From an uncultured Solirubrobacterales bacterium (GTDB lineage: Bacteria > Actinomycetota > Thermoleophilia > Solirubrobacterales > 70-9), in contig CAVYBI010000007.1 in the NCBI GenBank assembly GCA_963766755.1, positions 386,992 through 450,991 on the forward strand: a stretch of 64,000 nt of DNA. The letters are read 5' to 3'. Positions 50,251 to 61,275 of this stretch are shown one piece after another (position 1 is the stretch's first letter; each line of letters begins with the position of its first letter). The notes under the pieces were generated by a model. That model was given only the letters and a program-made list of their open reading frames with translations, made no database searches and was not told where the DNA came from. The translations under genes and the position numbers were made by a program.

Positions 50251-51395
50251 ATGAAGAAGGTCTTGATACTCGGGTCGACGGGGTCGATCGGGACGCAGGC
50301 GCTGAAGGTGATCGAGCGCTCCAGCGAGCTCCAGGTCGCCGGCCTGGCGGCCGGGACCGGCTGGGAGCTGGCGGTCGAGCAGGCGCGCGAGCACGGCGTG
50401 CCGACGATCGCCCTCGCCGACGAGGACGCCGCCGAGCGGGCGCGGGGCGCATGGAGTGGCCGTGTGCTGGCCGGCGATGAGGGCGTCGTCGAGCTGATCG
50501 CCGGCTCCGGCGCCGATCTCGTCCTCAACGGCATCGTCGGCGCCGCCGGGCTGGGCTCGACCGTGGTGGCGCTGACCGAGGGAATCGACGTGGCGCTGGC
50601 CAACAAGGAGAGCCTGGTGCTGGGCGGCGAGCTGGTGATGGCCCTGGCCGAGGCGACCGGCGCCCGCCTGCTGCCGGTCGACTCAGAGCACTCGGCGCTG
50701 CACCAGCTGATCGGCTCTGAGGCGCCGGGAACCGTGGAGAGGCTGGTCCTGACCGCCTCCGGCGGTCCCTTCCGTGGCCGCGAGGATCTCTCCGGCGTCA
50801 GCGTCGAGGAGGCGCTCGCGCACCCGACCTGGGAGATGGGTGGGCGGATCACGATCGACTCGGCGACGCTGATGAACAAGGGCTTCGAGGCGATCGAGGC
50901 CCACCACCTCTTCGGCGTGCCCTACGAGCGGATCGACGTCGTCGTCCACCCGCAGTCGCTGGTGCACTCGCTGATCCATCTCAATGACGGCTCCTCGCTG
51001 GCCCACCTCGGCTACCCCGACATGCGGGTGCCGATCTCCTACGCCCTGCACTTCCCCGAGCGCGCCGACGTCGACGTGCCCCAGCTCGACCTCGCCGCCG
51101 CCGGGGCCCTCACCTTCGAGGCTCCCGATCCCGGCACCTTCGCCTGCCTGCGACTGGCGCTCGAGGCCGGCGAAGCGGGGGGACGGCGCCCTGCGTGCTC
51201 AACGCCGCCGACGAGGTCGCGGTCGCTGCCTTCCTCGACGGCCGCATCCCCTTCACCGGGATCGCCGCCGTTATCGAGCGCGTTTTGGAGGAGATGCCGG
51301 CCCAGTCCATAACTCACTTCGATGACCTCTTCGCCACCGATGCCGAGGCCCGCCGGCGCAGCGAAGACCAGGTTCGCGGGTTGACTCCAGCATGA
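50251..51395 (+). pseudogene. dxr: 1-deoxy-D-xylulose 5-phosphate reductoisomerase; one base apparently missing near 51182
   Basis: ILGSTGSIGTQAL, ..LANKESLV.., ..VDSEHSAL.., ..LTASGGPFR.., ..HPTWEMG... After ..LEAGEAGG the reading continues in listed ORF 51195..51395 (..VLNAADEVAVAAFL..). Confidence 0.9.
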
Positions 51396-52483
51396 ACTGG
51401 CTCTACATCTTCCTCGGCTTCTCGCTGCTGATCGTCCTCCACGAGGGCGGGCACTACGTCGCCGCCAAGGCGACCGGGATGCGGGTCGAGCGCTTCTTCC
51501 TCTTCTTCGGGCCGACCCTGTGGTCGTTCAAGCGCGGCGAGACCGAGTACGGGATCAAATCGATCCCGCTCGGTGGCTACGTGAAGATCACCGGCATGAA
51601 CCCGGAGGAGGAGGTTCCTCCGGAGGTCGAGGACCGCGCCTACCACAGGCAGCCCGTCTGGAAGCGGATCGTCGTCGTCGCCGCGGGTCCGGCCGTGAAC
51701 ATCGTCCTCGCCTTCGCGATCCTCTTCTTCGTCTACTTCTTCAACGCTCAGCAGGTCGACCAGAGGGTGGGCGAGATCAGGAGTGGGACGCCGGCGGCAA
51801 AGGTGCTGCAGCCGGGCGACCGGATCGTTGCCATCGATGGCAGGAGCTACCCCGGCCTCGACCGCGAAGCGCGCCTGACCAGGTTTGGCGAACAAGTCGC
51901 CTCCCACGAGTGCGCCGGCAAGCAGGTCGACGGCTGCCTGGCGGCGACCCCGGTGGAGCTGACCGTGAGCCGCGACGGCCAGGTGCGGACGATCTCCGTC
52001 CGTCCCGAGTACGACAGGGCGAACGGGCGGGCGCTGATCGGGTTCTCCTACAGCAGCGAGCCCGCTGAGATCGGCGCCGGCACCGCGGCGACCCGCGCCG
52101 TCGACTCGATCTGGCTGGTGACCGAGAAAACCGCCACGATCTTCTCCCGCATCTTCGAAGAGGAACAGCGCAAGCAGATCTCCGGCATCGTCGGGGTCAG
52201 CGACGTCGCCAACCAGACGATCGACCGGAGCGCGGTGGAGTCGATCCTCCTGCTCGCCCTGGTCAGCCTCTCGCTGGGGCTGATCAACCTGCTGCCGATC
52301 CTGCCCCTGGACGGCGGCCACATCTTCTGGGCCCTGGTCGAGAAACTGCGCGGCAGGCCGGCCTCGCTGCGGGTGATGGAGCGGGCGACGGTGATCGGCT
52401 TCGCGCTGGTGATGGTGCTGATGGCGATCGGCCTGACCAACGACATCGGCCGCCTCGGCACCGACGCCTACAACGTCCGCTAG
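51392..52483 (+). CDS. rseP: site-2 (RIP) zinc metalloprotease, RseP/Rip1 family
   Basis: HEGGHY (HExxH) in TM1, a PDZ-like middle region, C-terminal ..NLLPILPLDGGH... ATGA overlap with dxr. Confidence 0.9.
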   Translation: MNWLYIFLGFSLLIVLHEGGHYVAAKATGMRVERFFLFFGPTLWSFKRGETEYGIKSIPLGGYVKITGMNPEEEVPPEVEDRAYHRQPVWKRIVVVAAGPAVNIVLAFAILFFVYFFNAQQVDQRVGEIRSGTPAAKVLQPGDRIVAIDGRSYPGLDREARLTRFGEQVASHECAGKQVDGCLAATPVELTVSRDGQVRTISVRPEYDRANGRALIGFSYSSEPAEIGAGTAATRAVDSIWLVTEKTATIFSRIFEEEQRKQISGIVGVSDVANQTIDRSAVESILLLALVSLSLGLINLLPILPLDGGHIFWALVEKLRGRPASLRVMERATVIGFALVMVLMAIGLTNDIGRLGTDAYNVR

Positions 52484-52517
52484 CCGGCCGGGCGGGCCAC
52501 CCGGATACGCTTCGCAT

Positions 52518-53771
52518 ATGGCTTCCAAACGTCAGATCTTCGTGGGCAAGGTGCCGATCGGCGGCGGTGCCCCGGTCGCGGTGCAGACGATGACCAAGAC
52601 CGAGACCGCCAACCTGGCGGCGACGATGGAGCAGATCCACAAGGTCGCCGAGGCCGGCGCCGACATCGTCCGCTGCGCGGTGCCGCGCGAGAAGGACGTC
52701 GAGGCGCTGAAGACGATCGTCGTGCAGTCGCCGATCCCGATCATCGCCGACATCCACTTCAACCACACCCTGGCGCTGAAAGCGATCGACGCCGGTGCCC
52801 ACTGCATCCGCCTCAACCCGGGCAACATCGGCGGCCGCGAGAAAGTCGCCGAGGTGGCGGTGAAGGCGAACGCGGCGGGGGTGCCGATGCGGATCGGCGT
52901 CAACTCCGGCTCCCTGCCCAAGCACCTGCACGAGCTCGAGCGCAAGGCGCCGGTCGAGGCCCTGGTTGCGGCTGCCGTCGAGTTCACCGAGCTGATGGAG
53001 AGCCTCGACTTCCGGAACTTCAAGGTCTCGATCAAGTCGACCAACGTGCCGAACACGATCGCCGCCAACCGGCTGCTGGCCGAGAAGATCCCCTACCCGC
53101 TGCACCTTGGGATCACCGAGGCGGGGACCAAATGGGCGGGCTCGCTGAAATCGGCGGTCGGCCTCGGCACCCTGCTCGCCGACGGCGTCGGCGACACGAT
53201 CCGGATCAGCCTCTCGACCTTCCATGCCGAGGAGGAGGTCAAAGTCGCCTGGGAGATCCTCAAGGCGCTGCAGCTGCGGGAGAAAGGCCCGGTGCTGATC
53301 GCCTGCCCGACCTGCGGCCGCCTCCAGTTCGACATGGACTCGGTCGTGGCGGAAATCGAGCAGCGGCTGGAAAGCTACGAGGAGCCGGTCGAGGTGGCGG
53401 TCCTCGGCTGCGCCGTCAACGGCATCGGCGAGGCCAGCCACGCGGACTTCGGCATCGCCGGGGCCAAGAACGAGGGTCTGATCTTCGCCCACGGCAAGCC
53501 GCTGCGGAAGGTGCCGCAGGAGACGCTGGTCGACACCCTGTTCGAAGAGATCGACAAGTCGCTGGACCGCGGCAAGGTCGAGGTCGACGAGGCCGAGGCC
53601 GAGGAGGGCGCGGCCTGGCTGGCCAAGATCGAGGCGGAAAACGAGGGCGAGCTGACTCCCGAGAAGATCGCCCAGATGGAGAAGGAAGCGGTCGAGCGGG
53701 GGGAGGCGGACAAGGTGCTGCTGGACGAGGAGGCTTCTCCTACGGCGGGGCGGCGGTTCACTAGGGCCTAG
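52518..53771 (+). CDS. ispG: 4-hydroxy-3-methylbut-2-enyl diphosphate synthase, with an about 60-aa acidic C-terminal extension
   Basis: ..VQTMTKT.., ..IADIHFNH.., ..RLNPGNIG.., ..ACPTCGR.., ..LGCAVNGIGE... Confidence 0.93.
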   Translation: MASKRQIFVGKVPIGGGAPVAVQTMTKTETANLAATMEQIHKVAEAGADIVRCAVPREKDVEALKTIVVQSPIPIIADIHFNHTLALKAIDAGAHCIRLNPGNIGGREKVAEVAVKANAAGVPMRIGVNSGSLPKHLHELERKAPVEALVAAAVEFTELMESLDFRNFKVSIKSTNVPNTIAANRLLAEKIPYPLHLGITEAGTKWAGSLKSAVGLGTLLADGVGDTIRISLSTFHAEEEVKVAWEILKALQLREKGPVLIACPTCGRLQFDMDSVVAEIEQRLESYEEPVEVAVLGCAVNGIGEASHADFGIAGAKNEGLIFAHGKPLRKVPQETLVDTLFEEIDKSLDRGKVEVDEAEAEEGAAWLAKIEAENEGELTPEKIAQMEKEAVERGEADKVLLDEEASPTAGRRFTRA

Positions 53772-53806
53772 CGCGCTGCGGCCCGGGGAGCGGGTAGGTT
53801 TCGGGC

Positions 53807-55495
53807 GTGAGTCGCCTCTCGCAAACGTTCCTGCCGACGCTCAAGGATGCTCCCGCCGATGCGGAGGCTGTTTCTCACAAGCTGATGGTGCGGGCTGGGC
53901 TGATCCGCCAGCTTGGGGCTGGCCTCTGGACCTATCTCCCTGCCGGGTGGCGGGTCGAGCGCAAGGTGGAGGCGGTCATCCGGGAGGAGATGGAGGGGAT
54001 CGGGTGTCAGGAGATGCTGATGCCGGTGCTGCAGCCCGCCGAGAACTGGGAGAAGACCGGGCGCTACGGGATCGAGGAGCTGTTCAAGCTCGAGGACCGC
54101 AAGGGGTCGCCGATGGTGCTGGCGATGACGCACGAGGAGGCGGTCACCTACCACGTGGCGCGGGAGGTCCGGTCCTACCGGGATCTGCCGCTGATGCTGT
54201 TCCACATCCAGACCAAGGAGCGCGACGAGCCGCGACCGCGGGCCGGTGTCCTGCGGACCCGCGAGTTCACGATGAAGGACGCCTACTCCTTCGACCGCGA
54301 CGAGGAGGGGCTGGCGCGCTCCTACGAGGCCCAGGCGGGCGCCTACGAGCGCATCCTCGACCGCTGCGGGCTGCGCTGGTACAAGGTCGAGTCCGACGTC
54401 GGGATGATGGGCGGCTCCGGCGCCGACGAGTACATGGCGCCCTGTCCGGCCGGCGAGAACGAGGTGGCGCTGGCGCCGGGGTACGCGGCCAACGTCGAGG
54501 TCGCCACCGCCACCGCGCAGCCGGTCGAGCTGCCGGCGCCCCTGCCCGCGCCCGAGCCCGTCTCCACGCCCGGGCTCAGCAAGGTCGAGGAGGTCGCGGC
54601 GGAGTTGGGGCTGCCCGCGGGCGCCTTCATCAAGGCGATCCCCGTGATCGTCGAGGGCCGCGGCATGGTCATGGTGGCGCTGCGCGGCGACCACCGTCTC
54701 AACGAGATCAAGCTGCGCAACGCCCTCGGCGCCGATTTCCGCCAGGCGAGCGAGGAGGAGATCGCAGCCGGGATCGGCCCCGCCGGCTACATCGGCCCGG
54801 TCGGCGCCAGGGTCCCCGTCGTCAAGGACGCGGCGATCGCCGGCGACTCCTTCGTCTGCGGCGCCAACGCGGCAGACACCCACCTGCGCGGGGTCGCGCC
54901 CGGGCGCGACTTCGAGTTCGAGGAGCTCGACGTGCGCACGGTCGAGGCCGGCGACACCGCCCCCGGTGGCGGCACGATCGAGATCGAGCCGGCGATCGAG
55001 GTCGGCAACATCTTCAAGCTCGGCACCCGTTACTCGGAGCCGCTCGGCGCCACCTTCTCCGACGAGGACGGGACCGAGCGGCCGATCGCGATGGGCAGCT
55101 ACGGGATCGGCCCGGCCCGGATCGTCGCGGCGGCGATCGAGCAGCGCGCCGACGAGCGCGGAATCGTCTGGCCGCGGGCGCTGGCTCCGTGGCAGATCCA
55201 CCTCGTCTCGCTCGCCAAGGCGGGCGAGCCGGAGCGCGAAGCCGCCGACCGTCTCTACGACGAGCTGCGGGCGGCGGGAGTCGAGGTCCTCTACGACGAG
55301 CGCGACGCCGGGCCCGGGCAGAAGCTGACCGACGCCGAGCTGCTCGGCTGCCCGCTGCGGATCGTCGCCGGCCGCCGCGGCCTCGCCAACGGGATCGTCG
55401 AGGCGAGCGAGCGCGCTTCCGGAGCCGAGCACGAGCTGCCCGTGGAGGACGCCGCCGAGCGCGCGCCGGCACTCCTCCAGGGCATCGATGCCTAG
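53807..55495 (+). CDS. proS: prolyl-tRNA synthetase (bacterial type with insertion/editing domain)
   Basis: ..RLSQTFLPTLKD.., ..HEEAVT.., ..RPRAGVLRTREFTMKDAYSF.., ..MGSYGIG... 562 aa. Confidence 0.93.
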   Translation: MSRLSQTFLPTLKDAPADAEAVSHKLMVRAGLIRQLGAGLWTYLPAGWRVERKVEAVIREEMEGIGCQEMLMPVLQPAENWEKTGRYGIEELFKLEDRKGSPMVLAMTHEEAVTYHVAREVRSYRDLPLMLFHIQTKERDEPRPRAGVLRTREFTMKDAYSFDRDEEGLARSYEAQAGAYERILDRCGLRWYKVESDVGMMGGSGADEYMAPCPAGENEVALAPGYAANVEVATATAQPVELPAPLPAPEPVSTPGLSKVEEVAAELGLPAGAFIKAIPVIVEGRGMVMVALRGDHRLNEIKLRNALGADFRQASEEEIAAGIGPAGYIGPVGARVPVVKDAAIAGDSFVCGANAADTHLRGVAPGRDFEFEELDVRTVEAGDTAPGGGTIEIEPAIEVGNIFKLGTRYSEPLGATFSDEDGTERPIAMGSYGIGPARIVAAAIEQRADERGIVWPRALAPWQIHLVSLAKAGEPEREAADRLYDELRAAGVEVLYDERDAGPGQKLTDAELLGCPLRIVAGRRGLANGIVEASERASGAEHELPVEDAAERAPALLQGIDA

Positions 55496-56123
55496 CAGGG
55501 CCCCCTTCGGCCGCGGCCGCGTGCGCCGCCTCTTCGGCCTCGATCGCAGCGGCCCCAAACCCGAGCGCACGCGCAAAGGCGAGCCGCTCAACCCGTGGAC
55601 GCTTCCCAACCTGGTCGGTTACATCCGTCTGGCGGGGCTGCCGGTCTTCCTCGCCCTCGCCTACTCCAGCGACGACGGCACGTCCTTCGGCGCCGCGATG
55701 GTCTTCTGGGCAATCGCAGCCGGCGACTACCTCGATGGCTTCCTCGCCCGCGTCACCGGCCAGTACAGCCGCATGGGCGCGCTCCTGGATCCGCTGGTCG
55801 ACCGCCTGACGATCCTCGCCGGCGCCGTCGTCTGCTGGAGCTTCGAGCTGCTGCCGCGCTGGCTGCTGGCAGTGCTCGCGCTGCGGGAGCTGGCGATGCT
55901 TTTCCTCGCCCAGTTCGGCCTGCGGCACGGGGTCGACATCGAGGTCAACTGGCCGGGGCGGATCTCGGTCTTCCCGATCATGGGGGGGATCTGGCTGGCG
56001 CTCTTCGCCCCGGGCTGGGTGGCGACGGCGCTGGTGGTCTGGGGCACGGCAATGGCGATCCTCGCCACCGTGCTCTATGCCCGCACCGGCATCCGCACCG
56101 TGCGCGCCCGCTCTGCAAGCTGA
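55488..56123 (+). CDS. pgsA: CDP-alcohol phosphatidyltransferase (PgsA-like)
   Basis: Motif GDYLDGFLARVTGQYSRMGALLDPLVDRL, i.e. D(x)2DG(x)2AR..G(x)3D(x)3D. Multiple TM helices. 8-nt overlap with proS. Confidence 0.85.
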   Translation: MPSRAPFGRGRVRRLFGLDRSGPKPERTRKGEPLNPWTLPNLVGYIRLAGLPVFLALAYSSDDGTSFGAAMVFWAIAAGDYLDGFLARVTGQYSRMGALLDPLVDRLTILAGAVVCWSFELLPRWLLAVLALRELAMLFLAQFGLRHGVDIEVNWPGRISVFPIMGGIWLALFAPGWVATALVVWGTAMAILATVLYARTGIRTVRARSAS

Positions 56124-56153
56124 GCGTCAAACGACCGAACCTTCAACCTGCAG

Positions 56154-56183
56154 TTGAACCTTTGGTGCCCGGCGACCTATAAT
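56154..56183 (+). promoter_or_regulatory. near-consensus sigma-70-type promoter (TTGAAC-18 nt-TATAAT)
   Basis: Hexamers at 56154-56159 and 56178-56183. GGAGG at 56201-56205 and ATG 56211 follow. Confidence 0.5.
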
Positions 56184-56210
56184 CGTCGCCTGCGCAAACG
56201 GAGGCCAGCG

Positions 56211-56504
56211 ATGCCTCCCCGATCAAGGAGCGAGATGGAGGACACCTTTCCCGATCTGGGCTCCCTCAGCGACAAGGAGCTGAAGGACCTGATCGACAAG
56301 CTCACGGAGGAGGAGAACGAGATCTCCTACAAGCGGCGAGTCCTGCACGGGAAGATCGACATCCTCCGGGCCGAGCTCGTCAACCGCCTGCGTGACAAAC
56401 ACGAGCGCGGCGACACGATGTTCTCCGGCAACGACGTCGAGCAGCTGACCGAAATCCTCGCCGGCAAGGCGCAGAACCCGCCGGAGGACAAGCCCGCCGC
56501 CTGA
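56211..56504 (+). CDS. small coiled-coil protein, RsiG-like (single E(x)3S(x)2R(x)3[Q/H](x)3D motif)
   Basis: MPPRSRSEMEDTFPDLGSLSDKELKDLIDKLTEEENEISYKRRVLHGKIDILRAELVNRL... The promoter position argues against the listed TTG 56154 start. Confidence 0.45.
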   Translation: MPPRSRSEMEDTFPDLGSLSDKELKDLIDKLTEEENEISYKRRVLHGKIDILRAELVNRLRDKHERGDTMFSGNDVEQLTEILAGKAQNPPEDKPAA

Positions 56505-56522
56505 GCGGAGGGAGTCGCGAGC

Positions 56523-56996
56523 ATGGCCGTCCACTGTCCCGAGTGCGGGTTCGCCAACCCCGAGGGCGCCAACTACTGCCAGAAGTGCGGTGCCTACCTT
56601 GGCGGCCCGGCGGAGTCCGGCGATGACCCGACGACGATGACCTACACCGTCGACGACACCGGCGACATGCAGCCGGTGGACATCGACGAGGTGGTCGAGG
56701 AGGCGGGGGCGGCGCTGGTCATCCGCGCCGGCGGCGGCCGCGCCGGCGAGAGCTTCAGCCTCGACGAGGACCGGGTCGGAATCGGCCGCAGTCCCGACGC
56801 CGGCGTCTTCCTCGACGACGTCACCGTCTCCCGCAACCACGCGCTGCTGGTGCGCCGCCGCGACGGCCTCTACATCGACGACCTCGGCTCGCTCAACGGC
56901 ACCTACGTCAACCGCCGCCGGATCGAGTCGCACCGGCTCGCCGACGGCGACGAGATCCAGGTCGGCAAGTACAAGCTGAGCTACCTGGAGCGCTGA
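56523..56996 (+). CDS. FHA-domain protein with N-terminal zinc ribbon (GarA/OdhI-like C-terminus)
   Basis: CPECGFANPEGANYCQKCG. FHA core ..GIGRSPDAGVFLDDVTVSRNHALL..DDLGSLNGTYVNRRRI... Confidence 0.85.
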   Translation: MAVHCPECGFANPEGANYCQKCGAYLGGPAESGDDPTTMTYTVDDTGDMQPVDIDEVVEEAGAALVIRAGGGRAGESFSLDEDRVGIGRSPDAGVFLDDVTVSRNHALLVRRRDGLYIDDLGSLNGTYVNRRRIESHRLADGDEIQVGKYKLSYLER

Positions 56997-56999
56997 GCG

Positions 57000-57743
57000 A
57001 TGCCCGTCTCCGACCAGCCGGCGCGGCCGCCGGAATCGCCCAGCCGCCCCCGCAAGGCGCTGACGATCGGCGCCGTCTGCAAGATCCTCCAGGGCGAGTT
57101 CGACGACGTCTCGATCTCCAAGATCCGCTACCTGGAGGACCAGAAGCTGCTCAACCCGCGGCGCACCTCGGGTGGCTACCGCCTCTACAGCCAGTCCGAC
57201 GTCGAGCGGCTGCGGACGATCCTGCGCCTGCAGCGCGACGAGTTCCTGCCGCTGCGGGTGATCCGCCAGGAGCTGGCCGGCGGCGGCGACCTGGTGCTCG
57301 GGGACTCCGACCGCAAACCCAACGGCGGCGCCGCCCGGCGGGCGATCCTGGTCGACACCTCGCGCGCCTACCTGACCCTCGAGGAAGTGGTCGAGGAGAC
57401 CGGCGCCCGCGAGGAGCTGATCGCCGAGCTGGAGAACTACGGCATCGTCCAGCCGGAGAAGCGCGAGGGCAAGATCGTCTACGACGAGACCGACCGCGAG
57501 ATCGTGCGGGCGGCCAACGAACTCTCCCGGGTCGGCGTCGGCGCCCGCAACCTGCGCGTCTTCCGCTCCTCCGCCGATCGCGAGGCGAACCTGCTGGAAG
57601 CGCTGCTGGGCCCGTCGCTGCGCTCGCGCAACCCCGAGCGCCGCAAGGAGGCTCTGCAGAGCCTGGAAAGCCTGGCGGCGACCGTCAGCCACCTCAAGCA
57701 CCTGCTGCTGGTCAGGGATCTCCGCCGCTTCGCCGGCGAGTAG
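57000..57743 (+). CDS. MerR-family transcriptional regulator (FtsR/Rv1828-like architecture)
   Basis: HTH LTIGAVCKILQGEFDDVSISKIRYLEDQKLLNPRRTSGGYRLYSQSDVERL plus a long C-terminal domain. Confidence 0.85.
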   Translation: MPVSDQPARPPESPSRPRKALTIGAVCKILQGEFDDVSISKIRYLEDQKLLNPRRTSGGYRLYSQSDVERLRTILRLQRDEFLPLRVIRQELAGGGDLVLGDSDRKPNGGAARRAILVDTSRAYLTLEEVVEETGAREELIAELENYGIVQPEKREGKIVYDETDREIVRAANELSRVGVGARNLRVFRSSADREANLLEALLGPSLRSRNPERRKEALQSLESLAATVSHLKHLLLVRDLRRFAGE

Positions 57744-57760
57744 CGCCGGGAATCCTTCGA

Positions 57761-58213
57761 ATGGCACGGGTAACCCGCCGCCGCACGATCGCGGCCCCGG
57801 TCGGCGAGGTCTGGGGCCTTGTCTCCGACCCCTACAGCCTGCCCCGCTGGTGGCCGCGGACGAGCCGGGTCGAGAACGTCGAGCAGAAGAGCGCCGGCCG
57901 CCGCAGCCAGTGGACCAAGGTGCTGGAGACGAGCGAGGGACGGGGGGTGCGGGCCGACTACCGCTGCCTCAGCTCGGCCGAGAACGAGCGCTACGTCTGG
58001 GAGCAGCAGCTGGAGGGAACGCCGTTCGCCCGCCATCTGCGCAGCTCCCGGATCGAGATCGCCCTGCGTCCCGACGGCGAGGGGACCCAAGTCGACCTCA
58101 CCGCGGTGCAGGCGCTGAAGGGGATGTCGCGGCTGGGCTCGCCGATGATGCGCCGCGGCCAGGGCGAGATCCTCGACGAGGCCCTGGACGGGATCGAGCG
58201 GGCGCTGACGTGA
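57761..58213 (+). CDS. SRPBCC (polyketide cyclase/dehydrase-like) family protein
   Basis: ..IAAPVGEVWGLVSDPYSLPRWWP... 150 aa, typical size and N-terminal motif. Confidence 0.75.
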   Translation: MARVTRRRTIAAPVGEVWGLVSDPYSLPRWWPRTSRVENVEQKSAGRRSQWTKVLETSEGRGVRADYRCLSSAENERYVWEQQLEGTPFARHLRSSRIEIALRPDGEGTQVDLTAVQALKGMSRLGSPMMRRGQGEILDEALDGIERALT

Positions 58214-58225
58214 GCGCGTGACGCG

Positions 58226-59849
<1,624 letters not shown>

Positions 59850-59855
59850 CCGAGG

Positions 59856-60776
59856 CTATTTTTTGTCGGCGGCGCCGATGATCGGGCCGGTGATGGTGCC
59901 CCTGCGAGACACGTCGGTGCCGGTGTAGAGCGGCGCCTTCTTTTCGCGCGTCGCCTTGGCCAGCGACGCCTTCAGGGTGGCGTCGGTGGTAAGCGAGATG
60001 TTGATCTGGTCGAAGGTTTCCTTGGCGAGGTAGGCGAGCACTTCGGTCGGGACCTGGACCTGGGCGCCGATCTTGCCGGACTCCGGGACCACGGTCGAAG
60101 CCAGCGGCAACATCTTCTGCGGCGACTCGTAGAGCCAGATCGTGTAGGACTCGCCTTTCCCGGTCGGGGCCAGGCCTTCGGCTTCGACCTGCAGCGCCAG
60201 CGAGTCTTTGACCCGGCCGAAGGTCGCGACGCCGGTGGCGTCGCCGCCGTCGATGGGGCTGAGGACGGCCTGGGTTAGTTTCTCGTTCGCCGCACTGGTG
60301 TCGACCGTTTCTTCGGCGGCCGTGGTGTCCCCGGTAGCTGCCGTAGTGCCGTTGTCGTTCGAGTCATCGCCGCCGCCGACCACGAGGATGACAATCACCA
60401 GCGCCACCACCGCGATACCGGCGGCGATCGCGGCGCGGGCACCGCCGCTCTTGGGGAGCGAGGGCTTGGGGCGGGGCGGGGCGGGGCGGACGGTGTCAGC
60501 GGGTGCCTTGGGGGCAGACGGCTCGGGCTGCGGCGGCGGGGCGGGCTCCGCTTCGGCCGGAATCGCGGCGGGCTCGGGCTCCTTCGCCACCGGGGCCGGC
60601 TCGACCGGGGGCGGCGGTGCTGGCACGCCCTCCTCCTCGAGCTGCGCGAGCGCGTCCTTGACCTTGGCCCGCACCTCGTCGATGCTGAGGCCCATCAGGG
60701 AGGCGAGGTCGTCGTAGCCCTGCTCGCGCTGCGCGAGCAGTCGCAGCATTGCCTTCTGGTCGTCGCTGAGGGCCAT
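59856..60776 (-). CDS. single-pass membrane protein: N-terminal HTH-like domain, Pro-rich linker, TM helix, extracytoplasmic domain (anti-sigma-factor-like layout)
   Basis: MALSDDQKAMLRLLAQREQGYDDLASLMGLSIDEVRAKV.., PAPPPPVEPAPVAKEPEP.., TM AAIAAGIAVVALVIVILVV, and an about 170-aa C-terminal domain. Confidence 0.65.
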   Translation of the reverse strand: MALSDDQKAMLRLLAQREQGYDDLASLMGLSIDEVRAKVKDALAQLEEEGVPAPPPPVEPAPVAKEPEPAAIPAEAEPAPPPQPEPSAPKAPADTVRPAPPRPKPSLPKSGGARAAIAAGIAVVALVIVILVVGGGDDSNDNGTTAATGDTTAAEETVDTSAANEKLTQAVLSPIDGGDATGVATFGRVKDSLALQVEAEGLAPTGKGESYTIWLYESPQKMLPLASTVVPESGKIGAQVQVPTEVLAYLAKETFDQINISLTTDATLKASLAKATREKKAPLYTGTDVSRRGTITGPIIGAADKK

Positions 60777-60870
60777 CGGTCCGAAACCCTACGGGGAGCC
60801 GCCGACGGGGTGGCGGCTGCCGGCCACGGGTCTCGAAAGCTTAATCTCGCCCCAGGTAGGGTTGGCCGCG

Positions 60871-61275
60871 ATGGCCGACGATCCCCGCGGGCTGCTTTCT
60901 CCTTTCGACCGGCTGGTCGGCACCGAGTGGCTCGACGACGATCCCGACGACGCCCGGGTCCGGGTCGAGCTGCGCGACGAGCTGCGTCAGCCAGTCGGCC
61001 TGCTGCACGGCGGCGTGCTCTCGACCCTGGTCGAGAGCATCTGCTCGCGGGCGACGGCGCTGGCGACGATCGACGAAGGGATGATGGCGATGGGCCAGTC
61101 GATCGCCGTCAGCTTCATCCGCCCGATCACCGCCGGCGGCGCCGAAGTCAGGGCCAAGGCCCGCCACCGCGGCCGCACCACCTGGGTCTGGGACGCCGAA
61201 GTCCTCAACGACGAGGGGAAACTCTGCGCAACCGCACAGATGACCATCGCCGTCAGGCCGCTGCCGAAGGGCTAA
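60871..61275 (+). CDS. PaaI-family (hotdog fold) thioesterase
   Basis: ATG 60871 (the listed ORF starts at TTG 60862). ..QPVGLLHGGVLSTLVES.., ..HRGRTTWVWDAEV... Confidence 0.8.
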   Translation: MADDPRGLLSPFDRLVGTEWLDDDPDDARVRVELRDELRQPVGLLHGGVLSTLVESICSRATALATIDEGMMAMGQSIAVSFIRPITAGGAEVRAKARHRGRTTWVWDAEVLNDEGKLCATAQMTIAVRPLPKG

